A stretch of DNA of 64,000 nucleotides from Acidobacteriota bacterium (GTDB taxonomy: Bacteria > Acidobacteriota > Vicinamibacteria > Vicinamibacterales > CAVVIG01), in NCBI GenBank assembly GCA_020850715.1, contig JADZED010000041.1:10623-74622 (forward strand). Reading direction: 5' to 3'. Positions 7,355-16,362 of the stretch are shown one piece after another. The notes beneath the pieces were generated by a model, which saw nothing but the letters and a program-made list of their open reading frames with translations, was not told the DNA's origin and did not search any database. The translations under genes and the position numbers were made by a program. The first letter of the stretch is position 1; every line of letters begins with the position of its first letter.

Positions 7355-8938
7355 GTGGAAGCGATTTACACGGATCCCGAAACCGGGTTGCGGCTCGATC
7401 GCGCCACCCACCGGCTCATCGTCACCTTTCTCGCGACGGCCTTTCTCGCGCTCGGCGGCGCCGCGCTCGCGGCATTCTTCGTGGCGCTCACGCGCGCGCC
7501 GGCGATCCAGCTCCTGTGGCCCTCCGCGTACTACATGGCGCTGACCTTCCACGGCATTCTCGCGCTGACGATCTGGCCGCACGTCTTCGAGGCGACCCTG
7601 TGGCTCTGGGCCTGCACGTCGCTGCTCCGGACGCGCCTCATCTCGCCGGCGCTCGGCTGGCTCGCCTACGGCCTCGCGGTCTTCGGCATTCTCATGATCC
7701 TCGGGACGGTCGCCAGCGGGAACGCGAGCGTCATGTACACGATGTACGTCCCGCTCAGGGCCGACCCCCTCTTCTATCTCGGCCACATCATCTACGCGCT
7801 CGGACTCCTCACGCTCCTGATCCTCTTCGGCCTCAATCTCCTGAAGGCCCGCGCCGACGGCACCTATCTGGGGTCGCTGCCGCTCCTCACCTACGGCATG
7901 GCGGTCGCGGCGATTCTCACGGTGGTCGCGATCATCGGCGCCGTCGCGGCGTTCGTGCCGACGGTGCTGTGGGCGTTCCGGATTCTGATCTCGAAGGTCG
8001 ATCCGCTCTACTTCAAGGCGACCTTCTGGTCGATGGGGCACACGCTCCAGTACACGAACATCACGGCGATGGTCGTCGCCTGGTACGGCACCGCGACCTT
8101 CACGCTCGGGGCCAGGCCGGTCTCCGAGAAGTTCTCGCGCTGGGCGTTTGCGCTCTACCTCATCACGACGCTGCCGGTGTTCATGCACCACTTCCTGGTC
8201 GACCCGACGTGGTCGCACGCCGTGAAGTGGGTCGGCGCGACCGTCGTCGGCATCTTCCTCGGCATCCCGAGCGCGATGCACGGGCTGGCGGTGCCGGCCT
8301 CGGTCGAGAAGACCCTGCGCAGCCGCGGCGTGGGCGGCCTCTGGGGCTGGTTCCGCCAGTGGGGCTGGAACCAGGCGCCGATGGTGCTGCTGGCGTTCTC
8401 GGTGGTGCTCTTCGGCCTGGGCGGGTTCGACGGCACCGTCGCGACGACGATGCAGTTGAACATGATCGAGCACAACAACATGTGGATTCCCGCGCACATC
8501 CACGGCACGCTCGCGGGCGGCGCCACGCTCGGCTTCATGGCGTTCTCCTACGGCTTCCTGCCGCACCTGGGGTTCGAGATCAAGGGACGCCGCTTCGCCC
8601 TGCCGCAGGCCTGGATCACCGGCATCGGCTTCGCCCTGCTGATCACGGGCATGCACTGGGGCGCGCACCTCGGCGTGCCGCGCCGCATGCAGGACATCCG
8701 CTTCCTCGGCGCCGATGCGCCGGTGCCGGACTGGCTGAATTCCATGAACCTCCTCGGCGTGGGCGGCGTCCTGGCGGCGACCGGGATCCTGACGTTCGTG
8801 ACGATCGGGCTGGCGAGCGTCCTCGCCGGCAACAGGCGCCGGCCGGAAATGCTGGCCGAGGCGACCGACCTCTGGCTGCCGTCGGAGCGGCCCGGGTACG
8901 TCGCCGGGCAGGTCACCCCGTCTCCGAACACGGTATGA
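7355..8938 (+). CDS. Heme-copper oxidase subunit I, B-family (ba3-like), full ligand set
   Basis: Inside track ORF 7085..8938; GTG at 7355 with GAGGAG 7 nt upstream. Ligand motifs: AYYMALTFHGIL (helix II His), FWSMGHTLQY (CuB His plus cross-link Tyr), VFMHHFL (HH pair), WIPAHIHGTLAGG (HxH). Confidence 0.85.
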   Translation: MEAIYTDPETGLRLDRATHRLIVTFLATAFLALGGAALAAFFVALTRAPAIQLLWPSAYYMALTFHGILALTIWPHVFEATLWLWACTSLLRTRLISPALGWLAYGLAVFGILMILGTVASGNASVMYTMYVPLRADPLFYLGHIIYALGLLTLLILFGLNLLKARADGTYLGSLPLLTYGMAVAAILTVVAIIGAVAAFVPTVLWAFRILISKVDPLYFKATFWSMGHTLQYTNITAMVVAWYGTATFTLGARPVSEKFSRWAFALYLITTLPVFMHHFLVDPTWSHAVKWVGATVVGIFLGIPSAMHGLAVPASVEKTLRSRGVGGLWGWFRQWGWNQAPMVLLAFSVVLFGLGGFDGTVATTMQLNMIEHNNMWIPAHIHGTLAGGATLGFMAFSYGFLPHLGFEIKGRRFALPQAWITGIGFALLITGMHWGAHLGVPRRMQDIRFLGADAPVPDWLNSMNLLGVGGVLAATGILTFVTIGLASVLAGNRRRPEMLAEATDLWLPSERPGYVAGQVTPSPNTV

Positions 8939-10305
8939 CGCGGGATGCACGCGACCGCGACCGGCTGCTCGACGCCTGGGCGCTGTTTGCCGCAGCCGCG
9001 ATGGTGACGGCTTCGCTCCTCGCCCTTGCCGCCGGCGCCGTCGCCACCGGCACCGGGACGGGATTCGCGGCGCCGGTCGTCGTCCGGCTGCTCGTCGGCC
9101 ACGTGTTCTTCTCCCTGGTGGTGGCGGCCACCTCATTCGCCGCGGTGCTCTGGATCCACTCCGCTCGTCTGCTCGAGGGGTCGCGGTTCTCGAACCGCAG
9201 CGGATGGATCGGCTGGTGGCTCGCTGCCGCCGGAGCGCTCCTGGCAATGGTGGGCACGCTGGGCCCATGGGGCACGCCGGTGCTCACCGAGTTCGTCCCC
9301 GTAATCGTGGATCCGCTGTTCCTCTCGGGGTTTGGCCTCTTCATGGCCGGCATCGCCCTGACGACCGGCGCGTTCGGCGCGGCGGTCGCCGGCGCCGAGA
9401 TCGGCCGGATGCCCCTGGTGGTCTACGGGATGGCCTGTTCCGCCGGGATGATGGTGGCAACCGGACTGGCCGGCGTGGCCTCGCTCACGCGCCTCTTCGG
9501 CGACTGGCTGGCGTTCCGCCTCGCCTGGCGCACGCCGGTCGTGCTGTTCCAGGCCATCTTCTGGGGGCCGGCGCACCTCATCCAGTTCGCGGTGATTGCG
9601 GCCATGGTGTCCGCGTGGATTCTGATGCTGCCGGGCCGGACGCCGGACGCCAGGAGCGAGCGGGTCGGCAGGGGCGTGTTCCTGGTCCTGCTGCTCTTTG
9701 CCGGCGTCACGCTGGTGGTGCTCTACGCCTGGAACCCGCTCGACCTTCCGAAGGCCTCGACGTTGAACACGTTGATCTCCGACTCGCAGGCCTTGCCGGT
9801 CGCCGTGATGGCGGTCGCGATCCTGCGGGCGATGCGGCGCCGGGGGGCGGGCGTGCCGGCGCCGGGCCTGCTGCTGTCGCTGCTGCTCTTCGCCTGGGGG
9901 CTGCTGATTGTGCTGGTCGGGATTCGGCAGGAAGGCAACGCCTGGGTGCCGGCGCACTACGTCGCGATGATCCCGGGCGCCGTGCTGTCGGCGTTCATGG
10001 CGATCACCAGCGCGCTGGTCCGCGGCGAGCGCCGGCCGGCGATGACGGCGCTGTCGGCCGTGCAGCCGGCCTTGTACGCCGGCGGCGTGTTCGTCTGTTC
10101 GCTGGCCCTGCTCTGGAGCGCGCTGGCCGGGGGCGAGCGGCGGGGCTACTTCGTCACGATGCCGGCGGAGGGACCCTCCGTGCTCCTCTGGGCCGGCGGG
10201 ATCGCGACCGGCCTCGGCGTCCTCGCGTTTGCGACCGGCGTAGGCGATGCCGTGATCGGCGCCGCGCGGCGTCCGTTCGGGCGAACCGCGGATTCGACGG
10301 TGTAG
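8935..10305 (+). CDS. Divergent heme-copper-oxidase subunit-I-like membrane protein (paralog 2, ligand-depleted)
   Basis: Inside track ORF 7516..10305; the ATG at 8935 forms an ATGA overlap with subunit I. It shares LLVGHVFF, VDPLFLSGF, IFWGPAHLIQF and NAWVPAHYVAM with subunit I, but lacks the HH pair, the Tyr and the second helix-X His. Confidence 0.6.
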   Translation: MTRDARDRDRLLDAWALFAAAAMVTASLLALAAGAVATGTGTGFAAPVVVRLLVGHVFFSLVVAATSFAAVLWIHSARLLEGSRFSNRSGWIGWWLAAAGALLAMVGTLGPWGTPVLTEFVPVIVDPLFLSGFGLFMAGIALTTGAFGAAVAGAEIGRMPLVVYGMACSAGMMVATGLAGVASLTRLFGDWLAFRLAWRTPVVLFQAIFWGPAHLIQFAVIAAMVSAWILMLPGRTPDARSERVGRGVFLVLLLFAGVTLVVLYAWNPLDLPKASTLNTLISDSQALPVAVMAVAILRAMRRRGAGVPAPGLLLSLLLFAWGLLIVLVGIRQEGNAWVPAHYVAMIPGAVLSAFMAITSALVRGERRPAMTALSAVQPALYAGGVFVCSLALLWSALAGGERRGYFVTMPAEGPSVLLWAGGIATGLGVLAFATGVGDAVIGAARRPFGRTADSTV

Positions 10306-10326
10306 GTCGTCGCGCGCGAGGCACCC

Positions 10327-11730
10327 ATGCATCCATCATCCGCGTCGTGGGCGTACGGAGGCCGGCTCTCTCAGCTTCGCGCCTGGCTGCTGTTCGCCGT
10401 GAGCGCGCTCGCGATCGCCGGCGCCTTCGCGCTGCTCGCGGTCCTCACCCGCACGCCGGCGGTGCAGTTGCTGGGGACGGCGGAGGGGCTGCACCGGGCC
10501 ATCGCCGGGCACGTCACCTTCGCCCTGCTCGTGTGGCTGCTCGCCTTCGAAACCGTCCTGTGGCTCCTTGCCTCGCCGCCCGAATGTCGTCCGAGGACGT
10601 TCTCGCGATCGCTGCTGCTGGCTTCCGCCGGCAGCGGCCTGCTGATCGTCGCGGTCCTGTCCGGCCGGGGCGCCGCCGTGCTCACCGACTACGTGTCGGT
10701 CATCGTCGATCCGCTGTTCTTCGCGGGGCTCGCCCTCTTCGCGGCCGGCGTCGGGGGCGCGGCGTGGGCAGCCGTCGGCCACGTCGCGGGTACGCGCTCG
10801 CTGCTGCAGCACGGCATGCAGGCGGCGGCGGTGATTGGGGTGCTCGCGCTGGGCGCGTGCGGGACGGCGCTGGCATGGCTGCTGCCGAGGGACCCGGCAG
10901 CCACCGACTTCGTCTTCTTCCAGAGCCTGTTCTGGATGACCGGTCACCTGTTGCAGTTCGTCAACGTCGTCGCGATGACCTCGGTGTGGTACCTGCTCCT
11001 CGACGCGGGATTCGGCGCCGGCGTGCGCGACGATCGTCTCGCGCGGCGGGCCTACGATGCGTCCGTCGTCCTGGCGATGCTGCTGTTCGCCTGCACGGTG
11101 GGGTTCGATTCGCGCACGCTGCCGGCCAATCTCGGATTGAGCGTGGCCATGGGGCTCGCCGCGGCGCTGCCGGCGCTGGTGCACGCCGCCCTCGTGGTGG
11201 GCGCGATCGCCAGGAGGAGGCGCGGATGGTCGTCGCCTGAAGGCGCCGCGCTCCTCTGCTCGGTGACGTTGTTCGTCTGCGGCATCGTGCTCGCCCTCGC
11301 GAGGGTGCGAACGGGCAGTTCGATGTGGATTCCGGCGCACTACCACGCCGTCGTCGTCGGCGGGGTCACGATGGCGTTCATGGGGCTGACCTACACGCTG
11401 ATCGGTCGGCTGGGCACGATGGCGTGGCCGCGCCTGTCGGCCGTCCAGCCGTGGCTGTACGGCCTGGGCATGCTGCTGGTCGTCGCCGGCATGAACTGGG
11501 CCGGCGCCGAGGGCGCACCGCGCAAGACCTTCGACCCCGCGTTGGGCGCCGCGGCGGCGCGATGGGTCACGCCGATGAACGTGATGGGCGCCGGCGGCGT
11601 GGTCGCGGTGCTCGGCGGCGCGATGTTCGTGCTGAATGCCCTCGTCTCGCTTGCGACCACCGCGCGTGTGCGGGCGGACGCGCCGGTCATCCCGATCCAC
11701 GCGGCCTCGGTACACGGCCGAATCCGTTGA
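10327..11730 (+). CDS. Divergent heme-copper-oxidase subunit-I-like membrane protein (paralog 3, partly ligand-depleted)
   Basis: Track ORF of 467 aa. Motifs: AIAGHVTFALLVW, VDPLFFAGL, LFWMTGHLLQF (Phe in place of Tyr), LVHAALV (single His instead of HH), MWIPAHYHAVVVGG (HxH retained). Confidence 0.6.
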   Translation: MHPSSASWAYGGRLSQLRAWLLFAVSALAIAGAFALLAVLTRTPAVQLLGTAEGLHRAIAGHVTFALLVWLLAFETVLWLLASPPECRPRTFSRSLLLASAGSGLLIVAVLSGRGAAVLTDYVSVIVDPLFFAGLALFAAGVGGAAWAAVGHVAGTRSLLQHGMQAAAVIGVLALGACGTALAWLLPRDPAATDFVFFQSLFWMTGHLLQFVNVVAMTSVWYLLLDAGFGAGVRDDRLARRAYDASVVLAMLLFACTVGFDSRTLPANLGLSVAMGLAAALPALVHAALVVGAIARRRRGWSSPEGAALLCSVTLFVCGIVLALARVRTGSSMWIPAHYHAVVVGGVTMAFMGLTYTLIGRLGTMAWPRLSAVQPWLYGLGMLLVVAGMNWAGAEGAPRKTFDPALGAAAARWVTPMNVMGAGGVVAVLGGAMFVLNALVSLATTARVRADAPVIPIHAASVHGRIR

Positions 11731-11742
11731 GGCAGTTCGCCC

Positions 11743-12588
11743 ATGGGCGTGTGGATCGCACTGTTCAAGCTTCGCATCGCGCTGCTGATCACGTTCAGCG
11801 GCGTCGCCGCCGCAATTCTCACGGCGGCGCAGTGGCAGGCGCACGTGCTGCCGGGGCTGGCGCTGGCCTTGATGCTCGCCTCCGCCGGCGCCGGGGCGCT
11901 GAACCATGCCCTCGACGCCGACATCGACCGGCGGATGTCGCGCACGGCGCGACGGCCGATTCCTTCCGGCCGCGTACGCCGTCGAACGGCGATCGCCGCC
12001 GGCGTCGGACTGGTCCTCGTCGCGCTGGCCGTCGCGGCGTTGGGCGTGAACCGGTGGGTGGCGCTGTATCTCTTCGGCGGCGTGTTCGTCTACGTCGTGG
12101 TCTACACGGCGTGGCTGAAACGGCGGACCGCCGCGAACATCGTCGTCGGCGGCCTGGCCGGAAGCTTCGCGGCGCTCGCCGGCGGTGCATCCGTCGGACC
12201 GGATCTCGGCCTTCCTCCGATCCTGCTGGCGGCGGTCCTGTTCTTCTGGACGCCGCCGCACTTCTGGGCGCTGGCCATTGCCTGCGAGGAGGACTATCGC
12301 CAGGCGGGCATTCCCATGCTGCCGGTCGTGAGAGGACCGAAGCGCACGGCGGGATGGATACTCGCGCACACGATGGCGCTGGTTGCCGTGTCGCTGGTTC
12401 CCGCGCTGCTCGGGAGGGCCGCGCCGGCGTACGCGACGGCGGCGGCGGCGCTGGGCGCCTACTACCTCTGGCGGAACTGGCAGCTCTTCAGGCGGCCGAC
12501 GCGGCTCTCGGCGCGCAGATCGTTTCGGGCGTCGCTCGTCTATCTCACGCTGCTGCTCGCCGCCGTCGTGGCCAATCTGAGGTTGTGA
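11743..12588 (+). CDS. ctaB: Protoheme IX farnesyltransferase (heme O synthase)
   Basis: UbiA-family polytopic protein. Motifs: NHALDADIDRRMSRTARRPIPSGRV, and the second Asp-rich region context FWTPPHFWALA. Confidence 0.9.
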   Translation: MGVWIALFKLRIALLITFSGVAAAILTAAQWQAHVLPGLALALMLASAGAGALNHALDADIDRRMSRTARRPIPSGRVRRRTAIAAGVGLVLVALAVAALGVNRWVALYLFGGVFVYVVVYTAWLKRRTAANIVVGGLAGSFAALAGGASVGPDLGLPPILLAAVLFFWTPPHFWALAIACEEDYRQAGIPMLPVVRGPKRTAGWILAHTMALVAVSLVPALLGRAAPAYATAAAALGAYYLWRNWQLFRRPTRLSARRSFRASLVYLTLLLAAVVANLRL

Positions 12589-14702
12589 TGGCGGACGCGG
12601 CCGGACCCACCTGTTTCCACTGCACGCTGCCGGCCGGCAGCCATCCGCTGCGCTACCGCATGGCCGGCGCCCGGCAGCCGTTCTGCTGTCACGGCTGCTA
12701 TCTCGTGTGCCTCATGACCGGCCGCCACGGCGAACAGGGCGAATCGCTGCTGGCGCTCGCGCGGCTGACCGTCGGCGTGACCTGCGGCATGGTCGTGATG
12801 ATCTTCTCCTGGTCGCACTACGCCGATCGGTATCTGCTTCACGATGCCGCGGGCGACGCCGATGCGCTCGCGCTGCTCGTGCGGTACTACGTGCTCCTGA
12901 CGGCAACGGTGGCGGTCGCGGTGCTGGGAGTTCCGATCCTGCGCGACGCGCTCGCCGGGCTCCGCAGCCTGCGTGCCGGAATTGCGCTGCTCGTCGCGAT
13001 CGGAGCGTTTTCCGCGTACGGGGTGTCGGCCGTCGAGGTGATGCGGGGCGGCGAGACCTACTTCGACACGGCCACGATGATCCTCGTGTTCTTCACCATG
13101 GGGCACTATCTCGAGGCGCGCGGGCGCGCGCGGGCCACCGACGCCATGCGGTCGCTGGCGGCCGTCGCGCCGGCTGCCGCCCGCGTGCTGCGCGGCGGCC
13201 GGGAGATCCGCGTCGCGGTGGCCGATCTCGCCATCGGCGATATGGTGCTCGTGCGGGCGGGCGAGACCATCCCGGTGGACGGCGTGGCCTGCGAGGGCGG
13301 CGGCGGGTTGAACGAGGCGGCGCTGACGGGAGAGAGCCGCCCGGTCGCCCGCGAGATCGGCGATCGGCTGCTGGCCGGTTCGGTGAGCCTCGACGGGGCG
13401 TTCGTGATCAGGGTCACCGCGCTCGCCGCGGATCGCACGGTGGCGCGGCTGGCGCGCCTGGCTGAAGAGGCGAAGCGGCAGCGGCCGGCATGGGTCGGCC
13501 TGGCCGATACGGTCGCGTCGATCTTCACGCCCGCGGTCATCCTGCTGGCGATCGCGGCGTTCGCGTTCTGGGCGCACCGGCTCGGCTTCATCCATGGCCT
13601 GCTCGTCGCCATGTCCGTGCTCCTGATCGCCTGCCCGTGCACGCTGGGCGTCGCGACGCCGCTGGCGTTCTGGAGCGGCCTCGCGCTCGCCGCGCGGCGC
13701 GGAATTCTCGTGCGATCGGGACCGGTCTTCGAGCGGCTTGCCCGCGCCTCGGACGTGTTCTTCGACAAGACCGGGACGCTGACCGACGGCCTCTTCACGA
13801 TCGTGGACGTGTTGCACGGCGACGAGGACGGACCGGCCGCCGCGGCGGCCGCCCCGCCGCCGCTGCAGATCGCCGCATCGCTCGAATCGCGCGCGCAGCA
13901 CCCGGTCGCGTCGGCGCTGCGGGCCCACGCGGCGGCAGCCGGCCTCGCGGAGCTGCCGCTGTCGGATGGCCGCGTCCACGCGGGCCTCGGGGTCCGCGGG
14001 CGCATCGCGGGCGGCGACACGGAGTACGTGCTCGGCAGCCGGCGGCTGATGGAGCGCTGCGGTCTCGAGATCGGCAGGAGGCTCGACCGGGCCGCCGCCG
14101 CACGCAGCGCGCGCGGCGAAAGCGTCGCGTATCTCGGGTGGGAGGGCCGGGTGCGCGCGGCATTTGTCGCCGCCGAAGCGCCGCGCGCGGAAGCCCGAAC
14201 GGCCGTGGAGGAATTGCGGCGGCTCGGATCGCGCGTCGCGCTCCTGAGCGGCGACCAGCCCGCCAGCGCGGGGCGCTTGGGCGCGGCGGTCGGCGTCAGC
14301 GACATCCGATCGGCGCTGTTGCCACACGAAAAGGTCGATGCCGTGCAGGCGGGCCGGCGGGCGGTCATGGTCGGCGACGGGATCAACGACGCGGCGGCGC
14401 TGGCTGCGGCCCATGTCGGGATTGCGCTGGGCTGCGGAACCGACATCGCGCGCGAAATGGCCGACGTCACCATGATCGGCAGCAATCTGATGCAGGTGCC
14501 CTGGCTGCTCAGGTTCGCACGCCGCATCCGGCGCACCGTCGTCACCAACCTGCTGTGGGCGTTCGCGTACAACGTCGTCGGGATCGGGCTCGCGCTCGCG
14601 GGGTCGATCTCGCCGGTGCTCGCGGCGCTCGCGATGGTCGCGAGCAGCCTGTTCGTGTTCGCGAACACCGGCCGGCTGGCTCGCGCCGACGCCCGGTTCT
14701 GA
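12588..14702 (+). CDS. Copper-translocating P1B-type ATPase, CcoI/FixI-like (oxidase metallation type)
   Basis: Inside the artefactual track ORF 11325..14702; the ATG at 12588 overlaps the ctaB stop (ATGA). N-terminal CFHC...FCCHGCYLVC metal-binding domain, CPC motif (IACPCTLGVATP), DKTGTLT, LPHEKV, MVGDGINDAAALA. Confidence 0.9.
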   Translation: MADAAGPTCFHCTLPAGSHPLRYRMAGARQPFCCHGCYLVCLMTGRHGEQGESLLALARLTVGVTCGMVVMIFSWSHYADRYLLHDAAGDADALALLVRYYVLLTATVAVAVLGVPILRDALAGLRSLRAGIALLVAIGAFSAYGVSAVEVMRGGETYFDTATMILVFFTMGHYLEARGRARATDAMRSLAAVAPAAARVLRGGREIRVAVADLAIGDMVLVRAGETIPVDGVACEGGGGLNEAALTGESRPVAREIGDRLLAGSVSLDGAFVIRVTALAADRTVARLARLAEEAKRQRPAWVGLADTVASIFTPAVILLAIAAFAFWAHRLGFIHGLLVAMSVLLIACPCTLGVATPLAFWSGLALAARRGILVRSGPVFERLARASDVFFDKTGTLTDGLFTIVDVLHGDEDGPAAAAAAPPPLQIAASLESRAQHPVASALRAHAAAAGLAELPLSDGRVHAGLGVRGRIAGGDTEYVLGSRRLMERCGLEIGRRLDRAAAARSARGESVAYLGWEGRVRAAFVAAEAPRAEARTAVEELRRLGSRVALLSGDQPASAGRLGAAVGVSDIRSALLPHEKVDAVQAGRRAVMVGDGINDAAALAAAHVGIALGCGTDIAREMADVTMIGSNLMQVPWLLRFARRIRRTVVTNLLWAFAYNVVGIGLALAGSISPVLAALAMVASSLFVFANTGRLARADARF

Positions 14703-14821
14703 AGACGACTGGTGTCCCGTTCCCGGTGGATCGTGGCATGAGTCGCGGAGCGCCGCGCCCCGATGGCCAGGCGCTGGGACGGGACACTACCAGGAGCGGC
14801 ATCCAGGAGGAGACCGAAGCC

Positions 14822-15589
14822 ATGGCGAACAGCGATTCGACGGCCGCGACGGCGGTCCGCGTGCTACTGATGGTCGTGCCGATGCTCGCGGGGACCGCCA
14901 GCGCACAGTCCCAGGCGCCCGCTCAATCCGACGACGTCAAGGCCGGACAGTTCATCTACGAACGCTCGTGCGTGAACTGTCACGGCCCGCGCGGACAGGG
15001 CGACGGCGTCGCGGCGCCGCAGCTGGATCCGCAGCCCAGGGACTTCACCCGCGGCCTGTTCAAGTTTCGAACGACGCCGAGCGGCACGATGCCCACGCTG
15101 GACGATCTGGAGAGAACGGTGACGCACGGCATCACGGGCACCGCGATGAATCAATGGAGCGAGCTGTCGGCCGCCGATCAGCGCGACGTTCTCCTCTACA
15201 TCCAGACCTTCTCGCGCTCCGGCTGGAAAGCCGGGACGCCGATCGTGGTGCCCCCGGAGCCCGCCTTCACGATCGAGTCGGCACGGCGGGGCGTGCAGGC
15301 CTACGCCCTTCTCCAGTGCGCGAAGTGCCACGGCGAGACCGGACGCGGCGACGGGCCGTCGGCCGCCGACCTGAAGGACAGCTGGGAGCGGCCGATCCGG
15401 CCGGCCGACCTGACGATTGGCAGTCGGTACAAGCGCGGCTCCACGCCGCTCGACATCTATCTCACCTTCTTCACCGGGCTCATGGGAACGCCCATGCCGT
15501 CCTATGCGGGCACGCTCCAGACGCCGCAGGACGAATGGGATCTCGTGCACTACGTCTACGCGCTCTCGCAAGGCCGACCGGTGCAGTGA
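14822..15589 (+). CDS. Dihaem c-type cytochrome (secreted)
   Basis: Inside track ORF 13490..15589; ATG at 14822. Signal peptide: VLLMVVPMLAGTASAQ. Two CxxCH sites: CVNCHG and CAKCHG. Confidence 0.85.
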   Translation: MANSDSTAATAVRVLLMVVPMLAGTASAQSQAPAQSDDVKAGQFIYERSCVNCHGPRGQGDGVAAPQLDPQPRDFTRGLFKFRTTPSGTMPTLDDLERTVTHGITGTAMNQWSELSAADQRDVLLYIQTFSRSGWKAGTPIVVPPEPAFTIESARRGVQAYALLQCAKCHGETGRGDGPSAADLKDSWERPIRPADLTIGSRYKRGSTPLDIYLTFFTGLMGTPMPSYAGTLQTPQDEWDLVHYVYALSQGRPVQ

Positions 15590-15645
15590 GCGGGGAGGAC
15601 GGCCGGCCGGCGGGACGTGGACCAAACGGAATCGAGGAGCAACCG

Positions 15646-16362
15646 ATGCGGCATACATGGCAATCGCTGGCGGCGCCGGCACTCCGCCGGCCTGGCCTCA
15701 CCGCGCTCGCGATCGTGACGGCGATCGCCGGCGCGGGCCTGGCCGGGTACAGCACCGCGGATTTCAGCGGCGTGACGGAGGCGTCGCTCGGCATTCATCC
15801 GACGATGGCGCCTGAGGCGCCCGACGCCGGCGACCCGCCTCTCGCGCGGGGCGACTCACCGGTGAGGGATTTCGTCCTGACCGACGAGGAAGGGCGCCGC
15901 GTGAGCCTCGGACAGCAGGCGGGCAAGGTCACGCTCGTCAACTTCGTGACGAGCCGCTGCACCGACGCGTGCCCGCGCGTCACCCGACAGCTCCGGAATC
16001 TGCAGGCGACGCTCGGGGATCGGATGGAACGCGACGTGATGTTCCTCAGCATCGGGCTCGACCCGCGTGTCGACTCGCGCGGCGCCATCCGGAAGTTCGC
16101 GGTCGATCTCGGCGTGGAGTTCAACGGATGGCGGTTCCTGACCGGGAGCCCGGCCGAGCTGGAGCGCGCCCGGAGCGCGTTCGACGTGCAGGTCCTGAAT
16201 GCGCCGCCCGGAGGCGACGCCTCCGTCGACCTCGTGCACACCGCGTCGGTCTTCCTCGTGGATCGCACGGGCGTCCTGCGCCGGAAGCTCGACCCGGACA
16301 CGCTGCCGCAGAGCGCGCTCGACGCGGTCGAAGCGGCGCTCGCCGGGCGGCCGGCCACGTGA
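15646..16362 (+). CDS. SCO1/SenC family copper chaperone
   Basis: Inside track ORF 14968..16362; ATG at 15646. It has an N-terminal TM anchor, a thioredoxin fold with CTDACP (CxxxCP), and a distal His (LVHTASVFLVD). Confidence 0.85.
   Translation: MRHTWQSLAAPALRRPGLTALAIVTAIAGAGLAGYSTADFSGVTEASLGIHPTMAPEAPDAGDPPLARGDSPVRDFVLTDEEGRRVSLGQQAGKVTLVNFVTSRCTDACPRVTRQLRNLQATLGDRMERDVMFLSIGLDPRVDSRGAIRKFAVDLGVEFNGWRFLTGSPAELERARSAFDVQVLNAPPGGDASVDLVHTASVFLVDRTGVLRRKLDPDTLPQSALDAVEAALAGRPAT

Noticed and set aside
7325-9268. Very long antisense or off-frame ORFs in the track. Examples: 7325..9268(-), 10336..12369(-), 12540..14414(-), 24838..27588(-), 35276..37735(+), 40052..42574(+), 44137..47001(+), 47054..49618(+), 18722..22537(+).
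   Set aside because: Their translations are Arg/Pro/Gly/Ala-rich low-complexity strings with no motifs. They lie opposite or out of frame to genes with clear family signatures. This is the expected stop-codon paucity of a roughly 70% GC genome.
11325-14702. A single 1125-aa ORF that appears to fuse the end of oxidase paralog 3, ctaB and the ATPase.
   Set aside because: Only the part from the ATG at 12588 onward has P-type ATPase motifs. The upstream 420 aa are an off-frame read-through of ctaB and of the paralog-3 3' end. ctaB is clearly coded in another frame (11743..12588).
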